Source: Naegleria gruberi (lineage: Eukaryota). From it: DNA of 64,000 bases. The position numbers and the translations under genes were made by a program. Location of the stretch: the NCBI GenBank assembly GCA_000004985.1, contig GG738860.1; one strand, 5' to 3'. Position 1 is the first letter of the stretch. Every line of letters begins with the position of its first letter. Positions 10,903 through 22,981 of this stretch are shown in pieces. The notes below the pieces were generated by a model, which made no database searches, was not told the DNA's origin, and worked only from the letters and a program-made list of their open reading frames with translations.

Positions 10903-13287
10903 TTGGTCGTTAGTTTTAGTAATTATACAACCATCAACAAGAAAAAGATGATGAAGAGCAAAAAAGTGTTTATTCAGCCATTTACTAAACAATTGTTCGA
11001 TGCGCTCGATGAGACGTCAGACTCACAAGAGCCTCCATCGGCAGTTGGTAATGGAGAACAATCACCTTGTACACCAACAGAGGCTGGAGGTCGTTTCTCC
11101 TTTAATGAAAACATTTTTGCAACACCAAAACTCTGTCCTCCAACTCCAACAAAAACTCCTGCAACAGCAACTCTTAAGCCATCATCATCAAAGACACTTT
11201 CTTCTTTAAAATCACCACTCTTTGACTCGGAGAGTGAAGAAAGTGATAATGATGAAAATAAGTTTGTGATCAAGTCTCCAATCTCAATCAAAGCTAGACC
11301 AAACCGTTTCCAAGTTCTTGGATCAACAACAAAACCAAGATCTCCTCTCATGCCTGTACAACCAAATCTACCACCACATCGTGACTTTTCTCAAATCAAA
11401 CTTGGTAACAAACAAAAACCAAAAAGACCTAGTTTCTCTCTCGTTCAACAAAGCACAAGTGATGATGAAATTGAAGAAGAATTAACACCACCTGGTATCT
11501 GTAAGAAGAGACCATTCGATGCTATCAGAAGTCCTGTCACCACTAAGAGCAGTACCTCAAGTAAACCTTCATCTCTTCTTGGTGGTACTCCTAACTTTGA
11601 TTTTCCTGACCTTTCAGAGGCTGATAGAAAGGTTTTCCCACCACCAAATAAGAAAACAGCAGGAACAACATTTATGGATATTTCTGGAGATTTCAATTCC
11701 CCTGGAATGTGTCCACCTAGTACAATCAAACCAAAATACACAAATAGTAGTGAACCAATGTCTTCTAATTGGTTTGCTAGTCCAAGTCTTACTAAGAGTA
11801 TTGTGGAAACTCCTCAAATTGAAATGACTCCACCATCCCCTGTATTATTCCAATCATCTAATAATTCAAAGGGTAACTTTTTCTCAAATCTCTCCCAATC
11901 TACCCTAGATTCTCCTGGTAACCCTTTTGAAACTGAAATTTTCCAAACTGATTTTGATGAAGCTGTCATTGATTGCTCTGATGATATGATTAGCGATGAT
12001 GATAATGCTTCAATGGAAGATTTTGGAGACATGTCAAGTCAAATGCAAGCTTCAACTCCACCTAGAGCAACCCTTTCCCAAACATCTCCAAATGCCCTCA
12101 ATGTACAACTCATTCCTGGTAGACTCACTGCCAATGAAGATGTTCATGAAAATCCATTCTCCCCTGAAAGAAACTTTAAAAAGACAAAAACTGAAGACGA
12201 TTACTTTTCCATTACAGATGATAAGAATACATCATCATATTTACAGGGAAAGATTGCCTCATGTAAAAAGTCAGCTAGAAAGAAGAGACAAAGTGACATG
12301 GCTCTTAATATTAGTGATGTGAATAACCTTAGTGAAGTTGACCCAATCTTTGAAGTGTACTTTTCTCGTTATTTGGAAGATTTCGAAGAGACTGGAGTTC
12401 TAGGCGATGGATGTTTTGGTAGAGTTACCAAGGCAAAGAATAGATTCGATGGTATTACGTATGCTATTAAATCCATGAAGAGAAAGATTAAAGGAAAGAA
12501 GGATCTAGATAAGATCTTGAAAGAAGTTCAAGCTCTTGCCACCCTTGTAGATAACCCATACCTTGTAAGATATTACTCATGTTGGATTGAAGGTAAACTT
12601 CCTCAATTTAGTTTATTTTTGCAAACCGAATTATGTGAGGGTGGTTCTCTTGCTAAGAGAATTGGCAAACAAATATTTAACGAATCTCAATTGATAGACC
12701 TTACGAGACAACTTGCATCTGGCTTGATGCAAATGCATGCCCAAAACATTGTACATCTTGACTTGAAGCCAGACAATATCTATCTAACATCAGCAGATGA
12801 TGATAAACCTCGATACAAGATTGGTGATTTGGGACTTGCCTCAAGCTCTTTAGAAACTTTAAAGGATGTCATGGAAGGTGACTCGAGATATCTTGCAAAA
12901 GAATTATTAAGTACTGAAGAAAATGTGAACACTGACTTGACGAAAGCTGATATTTTCTCTCTTGGTGCAACAATATACGAGTGTGCAATTGGTAGACCAT
13001 TACCAAACAATGGAAATGAATGGCATGATATTAGAAATGGTATACTGAAAGATTTCCCAAATCATTTTACTGACTCTTTCAAGAATTTATTACTTGCCAT
13101 GCTTAATATTCAACCAACTTGTAGACCTACAGCTTATCAACTTTTACAACATCCACTTTTTACCCAACAAAAACTCACTGAAAATGACTTGCTTCAAACC
13201 ATCCAACATCAACAAAATATCATCATCAAACTAAAAGAGCAAGAAGCTATTTTAAGAAGAAAAATTGAAGAAATGGAACGAAAATAA
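10903..13287 (+). CDS. wee1: Wee1-family protein kinase with long Ser/Pro-rich N-terminal region
   Basis: The C-terminal kinase domain is collinear with Wee1 over ~260 aa. Examples: YAIKSMKRKIKGKKDLDKILKEVQA, HLDLKPDNIYL (Wee1 HMDIKPSNIFI), KIGDLGLA (KIGDLGHV), EGDSRYLAKELL (EGDSRFLANEVL), KADIFSLGATIYE and LPNNGNEWHDIRNG (LPRNGDQWHEIRQG). The true start may be the MMKSKK at 10948. Confidence 0.85.
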   Translation: MVVSFSNYTTINKKKMMKSKKVFIQPFTKQLFDALDETSDSQEPPSAVGNGEQSPCTPTEAGGRFSFNENIFATPKLCPPTPTKTPATATLKPSSSKTLSSLKSPLFDSESEESDNDENKFVIKSPISIKARPNRFQVLGSTTKPRSPLMPVQPNLPPHRDFSQIKLGNKQKPKRPSFSLVQQSTSDDEIEEELTPPGICKKRPFDAIRSPVTTKSSTSSKPSSLLGGTPNFDFPDLSEADRKVFPPPNKKTAGTTFMDISGDFNSPGMCPPSTIKPKYTNSSEPMSSNWFASPSLTKSIVETPQIEMTPPSPVLFQSSNNSKGNFFSNLSQSTLDSPGNPFETEIFQTDFDEAVIDCSDDMISDDDNASMEDFGDMSSQMQASTPPRATLSQTSPNALNVQLIPGRLTANEDVHENPFSPERNFKKTKTEDDYFSITDDKNTSSYLQGKIASCKKSARKKRQSDMALNISDVNNLSEVDPIFEVYFSRYLEDFEETGVLGDGCFGRVTKAKNRFDGITYAIKSMKRKIKGKKDLDKILKEVQALATLVDNPYLVRYYSCWIEGKLPQFSLFLQTELCEGGSLAKRIGKQIFNESQLIDLTRQLASGLMQMHAQNIVHLDLKPDNIYLTSADDDKPRYKIGDLGLASSSLETLKDVMEGDSRYLAKELLSTEENVNTDLTKADIFSLGATIYECAIGRPLPNNGNEWHDIRNGILKDFPNHFTDSFKNLLLAMLNIQPTCRPTAYQLLQHPLFTQQKLTENDLLQTIQHQQNIIIKLKEQEAILRRKIEEMERK

Positions 13288-13289
13288 AC

Positions 13290-13721
13290 CTAAGCAGTTT
13301 CTCTATTCTGTTTAAACTTTTCCAATGTTGCAACCTTTTCCTTTTGAACATCTTGTAAATTCTTTAATTGTTCTCTATTGAATTCTAAAGAAATCATTAA
13401 ATCCTCTTCATTCAATCCACCAGGGAAGAATAAATGTTTGGTTTCATCTCTAGCGTAGGGTGTATAAAATTCGGGATAATCTATTGTTGGGAAGGCACCT
13501 GGCGAAGCATCCCACTTTTGTTCAATCTTGTATCGTTCCCAAAGTGCAACAAATATTGCCACACTCCATGTCAATAACATGGATGGAATGAACCCCTGAT
13601 AGAGAAATCTATTTTCATGTCTATTCCGAAGTCTTCTCACACTCTGATCTTCAAACAAACTTGCATAAACCTCATGTTTATGTCTGAATAGATAAAATAA
13701 TCGTTTTCCAATTCTTGTCAT
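13290..13721 (-). CDS. Hypothetical 143-aa single-pass membrane protein (possibly a mitochondrial inner-membrane accessory subunit)
   Basis: Clean single ORF with one hydrophobic helix (FIPSMLLTWSVAIFVALW) and a charged C-terminal coiled segment. No confident family assignment. Confidence 0.35.
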   Translation of the reverse strand: MTRIGKRLFYLFRHKHEVYASLFEDQSVRRLRNRHENRFLYQGFIPSMLLTWSVAIFVALWERYKIEQKWDASPGAFPTIDYPEFYTPYARDETKHLFFPGGLNEEDLMISLEFNREQLKNLQDVQKEKVATLEKFKQNRETA

Positions 13722-13841
13722 TTTTTAATTCTCTTCTCCTTTTCTCAAACATCATCACGGAATGCAATTATTATTTAATAAATATTGTTGAACAGGTTAT
13801 TTAATTATTAAAAAAGAATAATAAATATATAATTTAAAAAA

Positions 13842-15320
13842 ATGAGTGTATTGATTAGTACATCACTAGGTGATTTTGTAGTTGATTTGTGGATTGAAGA
13901 ATGTCCATTTACTTGTTTTAATTTCCTCTCCCTCTGTAAAATTAAATACTATAATAATTGTAAAATATTTAATATTGAAAAGAATGCTTGGTTTCAAACA
14001 GGTGATCCATCATCCAATAACAATGATGAAAATGTAGGAAAGGGAGGACATTCCATCTTTCATCTCATTGAAAAATATAAACATGAAAAGGTGTTGAAAA
14101 AACCACTCACGGAAAACATTTACTTTAATGATGAAATTAATTTACTAAAGAAACATAATATGGAAGGCTTACTTTGTATGGCCAATAAGGATGGAAAACC
14201 AAATACCAATGCTAGTCAATTTTATGTCACTACTAGTGGCAGACATTTGGATTATTTGGATGGAAAACATACAATTTTTGGAAGAGTAGAAGAAGGAATG
14301 GAAGTTATTAAAGCAATTGATAGATTATATACGGAAAAGAAGAATGATATGGAAATTCCAATTCAAACTGTTAGAATAAGACATACACAAATTCTCTTTG
14401 ATCCATTTGAGGAGGAAGAATCTTTTAGGAAACAATTTGAAGAGTTTTTGGATGGTGTCAGTCTTTTAATTCCACCTAGCAGTCCTCTTCCTATTAGAGA
14501 TGATGAAATTATTGAAATATCTAAAGAAAAACTCACACTAGAGGAGAAACCAACTGAAAATAAGCGTCTCTCCAAAGAAGAATATGAAGCAAAGAAGGAA
14601 AGAGAGGCTAAATCAAAGGCTATTGTATTAGAAATGATAGGAGATTTACCAGATGCTGACGTCAAGCCACCAGATAGTGTTCTCTTTGTTTGTAGACTCA
14701 ATCCAATCACCTCAGAGAAGAGTCTTCGAACAATCTTTTTACAATACGGTAATATTGTAAAATGTGAAATTGTTAAAAACAGAAAGACTGGAAAGAGCAA
14801 AACTTATGCATTCATTGAATTTGAAGATGCTGAATCCTGTGAGCGAGCCTTCCTCAAATCTGAAGGATTAGTCATTGATGATCACAAGATTCACGTCGAC
14901 TTTTCTCAATCCATTGCCCATCTGTGGGCTCAGAATGAGAAGGAAAAAAAGCAGGCCGAAACATCACCACAACGACATGGAAATGACAAGGAAAGAAATG
15001 ATCGTCACCATGATAATAGAAGGGATAATAGAGATTACAACGATGATCATTATGGAAGAGAACATAGGAATTCCCATAAATCTGAATCGTCAAGTCATCA
15101 CAATAGAAGTTATAGAGATGATTATCATAGAGACTATAGGGATGATAGAAGAGATTACAGAAGGGATGATAGAAGGGATTACAGAGATGATAGAAGAGAC
15201 AACAGAGACCACAGAGATGACAGAAGATTGGACTCTGATAATAAGAGAAAGTACAATGATGACCACAAGTCAGAGAGAAGATTCAATGACTATGACCAAA
15301 ACAAAAAGCAAAAACGATAA
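13842..15320 (+). CDS. ppil4: Peptidyl-prolyl cis-trans isomerase-like 4 (cyclophilin domain + RRM + Arg/Asp-rich tail)
   Basis: N-terminal cyclophilin-like domain: MSVLISTSLGDFVVDLW...LLCMANKDGKPNTNASQFYVTTSG...GKHTIFGRVEEGMEVIKAI. Then an RRM: LFVCRLNPITSEKSLRTIFLQYGNIVKCEIVKNRKTGKSKTYAFIEFED. Then an RD/RDDY repeat tail. This matches the PPIL4 architecture. Confidence 0.85.
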   Translation: MSVLISTSLGDFVVDLWIEECPFTCFNFLSLCKIKYYNNCKIFNIEKNAWFQTGDPSSNNNDENVGKGGHSIFHLIEKYKHEKVLKKPLTENIYFNDEINLLKKHNMEGLLCMANKDGKPNTNASQFYVTTSGRHLDYLDGKHTIFGRVEEGMEVIKAIDRLYTEKKNDMEIPIQTVRIRHTQILFDPFEEEESFRKQFEEFLDGVSLLIPPSSPLPIRDDEIIEISKEKLTLEEKPTENKRLSKEEYEAKKEREAKSKAIVLEMIGDLPDADVKPPDSVLFVCRLNPITSEKSLRTIFLQYGNIVKCEIVKNRKTGKSKTYAFIEFEDAESCERAFLKSEGLVIDDHKIHVDFSQSIAHLWAQNEKEKKQAETSPQRHGNDKERNDRHHDNRRDNRDYNDDHYGREHRNSHKSESSSHHNRSYRDDYHRDYRDDRRDYRRDDRRDYRDDRRDNRDHRDDRRLDSDNKRKYNDDHKSERRFNDYDQNKKQKR

Positions 15321-15325
15321 ATTAT

Positions 15326-17284
15326 TTATTTCTCTGACTCCTCCTGCCTAATCTTCGAAGCATGACCAAAGAGGATAATGCCTATCAACACTTTGAATAA
15401 GAATAGACAACAATAAGTTAAAAAGACTAACAAGGCAGAAATGAAAGTTGATCCACTCTGTAAACGCCAAGATCTCTCTACTGAAATAATTATCAATCTG
15501 AGAATGAGACTAATGATTGGACCATCTACAAATCCAACCCTCCTCGAAGTTGTGTTTGCATTATCAAGAAATGACTTGAATAATTAAATTCAATCAGTAA
15601 AGTAATTAAACTTACACTAGCATTATTGACTGTTGAAAGATCAAAAGCTAATTTGACCTTGTATGATTGATAAGTGTTCGATTGAATGTCATTAAATTTA
15701 CAAATAAATGAATGCTTAATAGAGTCAACTGCCATCTCTGAAGAAATCATATACAAAATAATGTACAAAAATTCCTCAATTCTATAATCGCCACTCGATA
15801 AAGAGTTTTGAAAGAAAATTACAATACTAAATATTACAATCTCAAATCTTTCCACAATATCTATATTTAAATTAAGAAATTTTAATAGAGTAGTTGTAAC
15901 ATACCATTACAAGACAATTGGAATAATGCCTCTCTTACTGATTTCTTGAAAATATTTGCCTTAATTTCCACAAAATTAGTGGATATTAAAAGGGTCAATA
16001 GAGATTGATTTCTCGAGTTGAGGGCAATATTTAAAGTTACAATTCTCAATAGAGCAATTACGGTGTGAATATCTTGTTAGAGATTAATATATTAATTTGT
16101 AATAATTCAAACCTACATAAAACAAATGTATGTACAATAAAAGAGAAAATAGCTGTAAATATAAGCTTATTCCTCTCAGGGCCAATAGTAATAGAAAAAT
16201 TTGGATCAGTAGCTGAAAAGTACATTGAAGTTTGTGAATTCTGCTCAAATGACGAACACAACCTATCTAAAACCTCCAAAATACCATGAAACATGAACAA
16301 TTTCAGTACAGTCTCCCCTCTAATAACATGATACAGTAGTGAATAATCAGTCGTATAATAAATTACAATTACATTAATGATAATTGAGAATGTTTTCAAA
16401 AATTCACAAATATTAGTTTGTCCAATTGGTTTCCCTCTCAATAATCCAAACAGAGAAAACAACATTCTCAATGGAAAAAACGTAAAATGAAACAATAAAC
16501 TATCCAAACATATTGAAAATCCAAAAAAGAAGTACTTTTCCAAATTCCAAGGAACATTAATGAAATTGTAAATACTATTCCTTATTTCTTCTTCTGTTTT
16601 AGTTGGAATGGGTCTATCCTTTGATACATTTCCCATTGTTGATGATGATAATACATTATTTGAATTTCCTCCTCCATTCAATATTGTTTTCGAATTGCTT
16701 TTAATCATTACATTAGATTCCGAATCAATTATTGCCATCCTTTCCGTACTCTTTGAATTATTCATTGCAGATTGTGTCCAATTCTTATTTACATCCAATT
16801 CTCCTTGTAAATATTTGAATAAACTATTCACTCGACTAACTTTAGGCTTTGAAATCTTTCTAGGAGGTGTTCTAGGTGATAGATTACCACTATTATTCAT
16901 TAAATTAGATGATAAATCATTGGAATTTATAGAATTTGATGATGAAGAATTATTCAATGATGGTGGTGCTACTTGGAAGGGATTTGATTTCTTTCGATTG
17001 GGAGAATTAAGTCCCTGTAGAAGTGTTAGTGATGATCGTTTATTTCCCAGTGATGATAACAATAAGGATGGAACAGAGGAGTTGGAGTTTGATTCCAATG
17101 CTGATAGCGATGATGAAGATATTGATGGTGATGAAAATATTATTTCCGAAGAGGACTGATTGGTAACAACATTACTTGTTGTTGAAGGAATAACATGATC
17201 CCCTGATGATGTATTATTATTATTTGTAGGAGGGAGGAAATCGGAAAGATTAACACGACTTGTACTTCGACTCCTTAAAGACAT
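15326..17284 (-). CDS. TAPT1/Emp65-like (DUF747) multi-pass membrane protein, at least 5 exons; exact internal boundaries only partly resolved
   Basis: The large 5' exon is the ORF 17284..~16063 (Ser/Asn-rich N-terminus, then the conserved core SLLYHVIRGETVLKLFMFHGILEVLDRLCSSFEQ typical of TAPT1). Further minus-strand exons have canonical splice sites: ~16025..15921 (NQSLLTLLISTNFVEIKANIF..., donor GTATGT) and ~15872..15595 (the 15526..15855 ORF; donor GTAAGT after ...NNAS). The terminal exon is ~15547..15326 (SFLDNANTTSRRVGFVDGPIISLILRL...FGHASKIRQEESEK, stop 15328..15326). Confidence 0.55.
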
Positions 17285-17338
17285 TTTTTAGATTGAAAAA
17301 TTGTAAACAATTATAACATAATAATAATGTGAAACAAT

Positions 17339-20042
17339 TTAATCCTTTTTAACCTCTTCTTGACTATCAGAGGCCTTCTTTGGTCTTACAAATCTACTCT
17401 TTGCCTTATTGACTGTTGGTTCAGAATCATTGGCATGATTATCTGTCGTTGTGCCAACAATATTTCTAGCAGTGGATTGTGGTTCTTCCTCTGGTTCGTG
17501 TATGACCATTTGATCTTGTTCATCATCATCGTCATCATCACTATCACCTCCCTTTGGTGTTGGTTTCAGCTTCTTTGGATCACTTTGCAAATCACTTTGT
17601 GGGATAGGACTATATCTTCTCTTCATTGGTGACACTTCTCCTAAATTGGTGCTCATACCACTTGGTGGAACAGTAGTGGTAGGTTGTTGAGGTTGAGGTG
17701 GAGGACCTTGTTGCATTGGAGGTTGTGAAACTGGATAGTAAGGTGGCTGTGTCACTTGTGGAGAAGCTCCAACTACTTGTGATGATGGTGGAGGATTACT
17801 TGGTGCATTTCCATAAGGTGGTTGATTTGAAGGTGGTTGAGTTGTTCCATTAGTGGCACTAGTTGTTGGTGGAGGTTGTTGATAGGCTTGTTGTTGAGGT
17901 GGTGAATTATGTGGAGGGAAAGTAACATTATTAGATGTTGGATATGGTGAAAGAACTTCTTTAGGACCTTGAGAAGGTTGTGAAATACCAACAGGAGTGG
18001 ATTGAGAACCTCCTAATGGTTGTTGTTGTTGTTGAGAGAATGAAGGAGGATTCACATTGGCTGTACTTGCTGGTGGTGGATTATTGAGTGGTGGTGGATG
18101 TGAATAACTTGAGCCACCCCCAGTGCTAGTAGGACCATTGTAAGAACTTGCTGAACCTCCTTGTGGTTGCCTTTCTTGGAGTCTTTCTTGAAGTCTTTCT
18201 TGAGGTGGAGGCAAATAGTGTTGTTCCATTGGTGGTTGTCCATAACCATTCAAATTGTTTTGTGGACCATTCTGAGGTGGTAAATTTGTTGGAGGTTCCA
18301 ATTTTGGATAACGATCAACAGAATGATATGGTGGAGCTTGTGATGCTGGATTTGGTGGAGGATAATTACCAGGAGGATTTGGAAGGCCCAATGATTGAAT
18401 ATTTGGATTTGGTTGAGTATTACCAGCTGATTGAGGACCAGGGAATATGCCTGATTGGAATCCTGATTGAGGACCAGCAGTTGGTGGTTCAACAGCAGTC
18501 AAATTCTTTGGTTCTTCTGGATTACCTCTATCCATATTCTTAAGGAACATTAAACGTTGTTGAATGTGCTCATTATTTTGATCCAAATCAGCTGCACGTT
18601 GATAAGCGTCCAAAGCATCTGGAATTTGTGAACATGATTCGTACAGAGTACCCAAATCATACCAAACTTCACTCAAAAATGGATTCAATCTAATAGCTCT
18701 ACTATATGCATCCAAAGCATCCCTATATTGATTAATTTGATAATACAAGACACCAATTGAGCACCAGAAAGTTGGATTCTTTCCATCTCTGAAAACAGCT
18801 TGTTGGTAGGCATTGTATGCATAACGATATCTCTTTTGTGCCATAAAGCAACGTCCTAATAAATACCATGTTTGTCCACTTGATGGATCAGCATCAATAG
18901 ATTGTTGTAAATAAGTGATGGCTGTTTCTAAATTTTGGAATTCAGTATTTTGATGATAAAGCCATCCCAATTGTTGAAGAACCTTACTGTGGTTTGGATT
19001 GAATTTGAGTACCTTTTCGTATGAATTCTTTGCTTCTTGGAAATCCTTCTTTAATTCGTAAACGTGACCGATTTGGAACCAAATATCTGCTTCCGTCAAT
19101 GGTGGTGGTGGATTTTTACGAATTATTCCAAAACATTCCAAGCTTTGTTCATACTTCTTTTGTTGTTTGTATATAATACCTAGACGGAAGTAGATTTCAT
19201 TGATTTTTTCGAATTGTGCATCCATTTTCAATACACTTCTAAAAGCTTCTTCGGCATTGTCCAAACTATTGTATCTTTCATAGAGGATACCAATTCCGTA
19301 CCATAAATGTGGATCTTGTTTTGTTCTATTTTGTAATTTAGCATTGTAGATGGCTTGATGATAGGCAGTGTAAGCTTTAGTAAGATCGTCCATCATTAAA
19401 AAACAATGTCCCAGATTACCCCAGATTTCTGTATTGTTATCTTCGGTTTGAAGGGCAGTGTGATAATATTCGACTGCTTTTTGGAAATCTGGAGGATCCT
19501 TCATTCTATAAATTGAGGCAATACTCGTCAGAGCTTGAACATGATATTGATTATAACGTAAGATTCTCTCATAATAGTGAATGGCTTTATCGGCTTCATT
19601 CATAGACTCGGCAAGTTTACCTATTATAAAAGTATACACACAATGTTATTGTTCGCATATCATGATGTGTCGTGAGTTGTGTATATCATTTGATGATGTT
19701 GTTATTGTTGCAATAAAGATGATAATGCAATACAATGTTGATGAAATTAAAAGGTAACAATATTATGTTAAAAATCGAGATGGGCCATAGTACCGTAAAA
19801 ATGCGGGACAATTTAGCAGAAAGGGAAGCATCAATATTTGACACGTCATTGGGAATTTGGCCATTCATAATTATTAGCAACACACAATTTTGTTGTTGAA
19901 TAATAAAGCAGACAGTAATCCAACATTATCATTAGAATATGTAATACTTACCTAACCTCATCCAAATTTTTTCATTCTCCATATCCAATCTGGCATTAAT
20001 TGGACCAGGTGGAGGGCCATTAGGAGGATATCCACTATTCAT
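17339..20042 (-). CDS. trfA: Ssn6/Cyc8-type TPR transcriptional corepressor with long Pro/Gln-rich C-terminal region (trfA-like), 2 exons
   Basis: Exon 1 is 20042..19952 (MNSGYPPNGPPPGPINARLDMENEKIWMRL, GTAAGT donor). The intron is 19951..19621 with a TAG acceptor. Exon 2 is 19620..17339. Ten TPRs are nearly collinear with yeast Cyc8, e.g. WYLLGRCFMAQKRYRYAYNAYQQAVFRDGKNPTFWCSIGVLYYQINQYRDALDAYSRAIRLNPFLSEVWYDLGTLYESC. They are followed by ~400 aa of P/Q/N low complexity and an acidic tail. Antisense ORFs here are low-complexity artefacts. Confidence 0.8.
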
Positions 20043-20837
20043 TACAAAGTAATAGTATACAAAATGATGTTCTAATTAAATTTTCTTATTGTAGGAAGAT
20101 CCCAACAATTTGTGAAACTAATGTGAAAGTACAATTCAACGTTCTTGATGATGATGGAAAACTGTAGTAATAATAACTATTACCAACACAACTACTACAG
20201 AAAAACTTTTCCAAAAAACGTTTGTTGTTGTTGATCGTTGAACACAAATAAATATTCTTCAAAATGGAGAATTTTTGCTACAGCCAACAAGAGCGTAAAA
20301 TGTTGTATTTTTTTTGACCCTTGTCGCGGTGTGTTCTCCCTCTATTTATAGTGGAGCCAAAAATGGAGCGATGGGTTTTAGCTTTAGTCAACCGCGCTGA
20401 TGAATCCCCACTTACCATCAAAAATGATGTTGGCCACTACTTTTACTGTTCGGGTAGTTGGTTAGTCCATCACTAGACATCAAATCACCAAAACAAACCA
20501 CCACCAACAATATTTTAAAGTTGAAGAGAGTATTTTCTAGTTGGAATATTTTACAACAACAATGCGAGTTGGAAATCGATATTTTCTACAACATGAAATT
20601 TATTCTTCTAGAATGGAAAAATTGATAAGGTTTCAAATAGGAAAGAAGATTCTCAGATATTTAATTTCATCAAATTTAGCAAGTTGATTATGAATTTATT
20701 ACAATAAGAAAAAAAATAACATCAATACTTATTGATACAACCTTGTGAACATCACTTTCTGATAAAAAATTTTTAATTAGAAATTCTAATTGGTTGAAAC
20801 AAACTACTAGGTGAAAGTGTAAAATAATTGTTGGAAA

Positions 20838-22362
20838 ATGTTGGCCATTCATCATCATCACAAACAACAAGAACACGAATTGGAAAGTCTAAAACAAAAT
20901 TATAAATTTAATATTGAAGCAGTTTTTGATCATGAAAGTGCTCGTGATTGTTTCCGAAAGTTTTTAAAGGATAATTTGAATGAAGATCCTTTCATGTTTT
21001 ATGAAATGGTTGAAAAGTATCAAAAAACAAGATTGGACAAGAATAGATTTGATATGGCTGTGGAAATTATGAATACTTTTATTGTTGTGAGTGCCAAACA
21101 TGAATTAAACTTGTCAATGACTATTAGAAATGATATTCTAAAGAATTGGAAGGTGATTCAGGAGCTAAATGAAGGGAAATCTGCTGAATTAATGGAATGT
21201 CCAACTGACTTGTTCCAAAAAGCTCAGAATGTCATCTTTTCCGAATTGAAACAAGATAATTTTCCAAGATTTATCGATTCTGAACAATTTGTAAAATATT
21301 TAAAGAAGGAAGCTAGAAAATCACAATTCAAGGGCTCACCAGCAACATTGTTAGACTTGTTGGGATCGAAAAAGGCAATGGAAAGGTCAGATAGTGGTCT
21401 ATCACATGAATTGACTGAATCCGGCTCTTTGGAAGACATGTCAGTGGTAGAAAACAAACCTTCAACTATTGCAGATAATGATAGACCTCTTGTTGATCCA
21501 CATTCTGTCTACATTTCATCAAAGGATTATGATATTGTGAATGAATTGATTTCTTCATTGAATGATAGTAGTAGATGGAAAGTAGTTGAAGAAAAGACAG
21601 GTATGAAAACATTGACCAGTGCTCATAATTATTATCTGAACCCATCAGATGGAGCTCTTCCTTTAATTTGTTTCACTGGTCTCGCTAAGGGAAATCACAA
21701 GGAATTATTTAATTTGATTTTTTCACAACATTTCGAAAAGAAAATGAGTGCTCTCCAAAAGAGGAAATTACAATTGGACTATATCAAAATTAATCCAGAG
21801 AATGGTGTGGATTATCCTAATTCAATAATTTACTCGGAACTCGATGTATGTATTCTTTTCAATTCTCAAATAATAATTAATTGAATTATTACAACAGACT
21901 CACTTTCCAATATCTAAAAGAGACCTAGTACTAGCCAAGACAGTTATACCAGATCTTTACAATCCAGAAACTGATGATTTTGATCGATATTCCATAATTC
22001 AGAAACCATGCACTCATCAAGATGCTCCAATCTCTAAGGAATTTATCAGAGTTTCACTCTTCTCAGCAATAATTGTAGAGAAAAAGACTAATGACACTTT
22101 GAGATACTACATGTTTGATTTTATGGATTTGAAAGGAAAAGTTCCAAAGAAACTCTTATCAGGAATTGCACGTTTTGCTGCTAAGGAATTTCATAAATAT
22201 CTCCAAAAACAATTTATCAATCCCAGAGATGGACGAATCAAATCACCCTCAGCCGATTCACCAACAGAAGAAGAATTATATAGCTCTGAAGGAATGGTTG
22301 AGTTGCTTCATGATCATATCAATTACATTCGAGAACACATTCTCCCAAAGAATACACTCTAA
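20838..22362 (+). CDS. RGS-domain protein with C-terminal START/Bet-v1-like lipid-binding domain, 2 exons (paralog A)
   Basis: Exon 1 is 20838..21845 (ends ...SELD at a GTATGT donor). The intron 21846..21897 is 52 nt. Exon 2 is 21898..22362. RGS signature: FDHESARDCFRKFLKDNLNEDPFMFYEMVEKYQK. The C-terminal exon (...YYMFDFMDLKGKVPKKLLSGIARFAAKEFHKYLQKQF) looks like a START domain end. A paralog lies at 49633..51190 on the minus strand. Confidence 0.65.
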
Positions 22363-22981
22363 TTTGTCTAAATTTAATTATGTTGTGAAGGACAAGTTTT
22401 TTGATAAACATAAATTCAAAGAGATTTATTATTGGAATCATAACTAAGGAAAGAAAGCATGTTATATGATGTTTGAAGTTTCAATTTCGATTTGATCAGA
22501 AAATAGAAAATGAGAAACCAAAACTTGCATCCATCAATTCAGGAGTTAAATATTCAATTTATAGAAGGGTGATCAACCTAATCAATATCTTCAAACAAAA
22601 CCTGAACCAACAAGATTCTGTCTTCGTTGCCTTCACTGTTCATACAGTCAAAGACTGTAGCGGGATTGTCGTCATATTCCTGGCAGGCTTCCCGTCCAAT
22701 GAAACCTAAAAGAATATCCAAAAATTAATGTTACTAAATTGTTAATAACTTAATTACTGAAAGTTTGTATTGAGTTGGTCGTGGATCGATTACAGAGCTT
22801 AATAGGTTAACCACTTTAAGTATTACTAAGTAGCATTAAGTTTTGCAAAGAAGTTCCATATTCTTTATATTCATTGCATTGATTTACCTTTGCTATTAAT
22901 CGTGACTCGTTATATTTGGAAAAGATTCGTCGTGCCAATGCTATCATGTTAATGGACACAATGGAAGATGATGAACTGAAT

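Noticed and set aside
10974-12322. Several ORFs on both strands inside the Wee1 N-terminal Ser/Pro-rich region
   Set aside because: Internal to a single long ORF that continues into a conserved kinase domain.
14363-15351. ORFs 14363..14800(-), 14872..15093(-), 14875..15351(+) overlapping ppil4
   Set aside because: Out-of-frame or antisense to a well-supported conserved gene. Caused by the RD/RDDY repeat region.
17360-18543. Plus-strand ORFs (17360..17632, 18148..18543) and short minus ORFs inside the trfA-like gene
   Set aside because: They lie antisense or out of frame within the Pro/Gln-rich low-complexity coding region, whose codon periodicity keeps other frames open.
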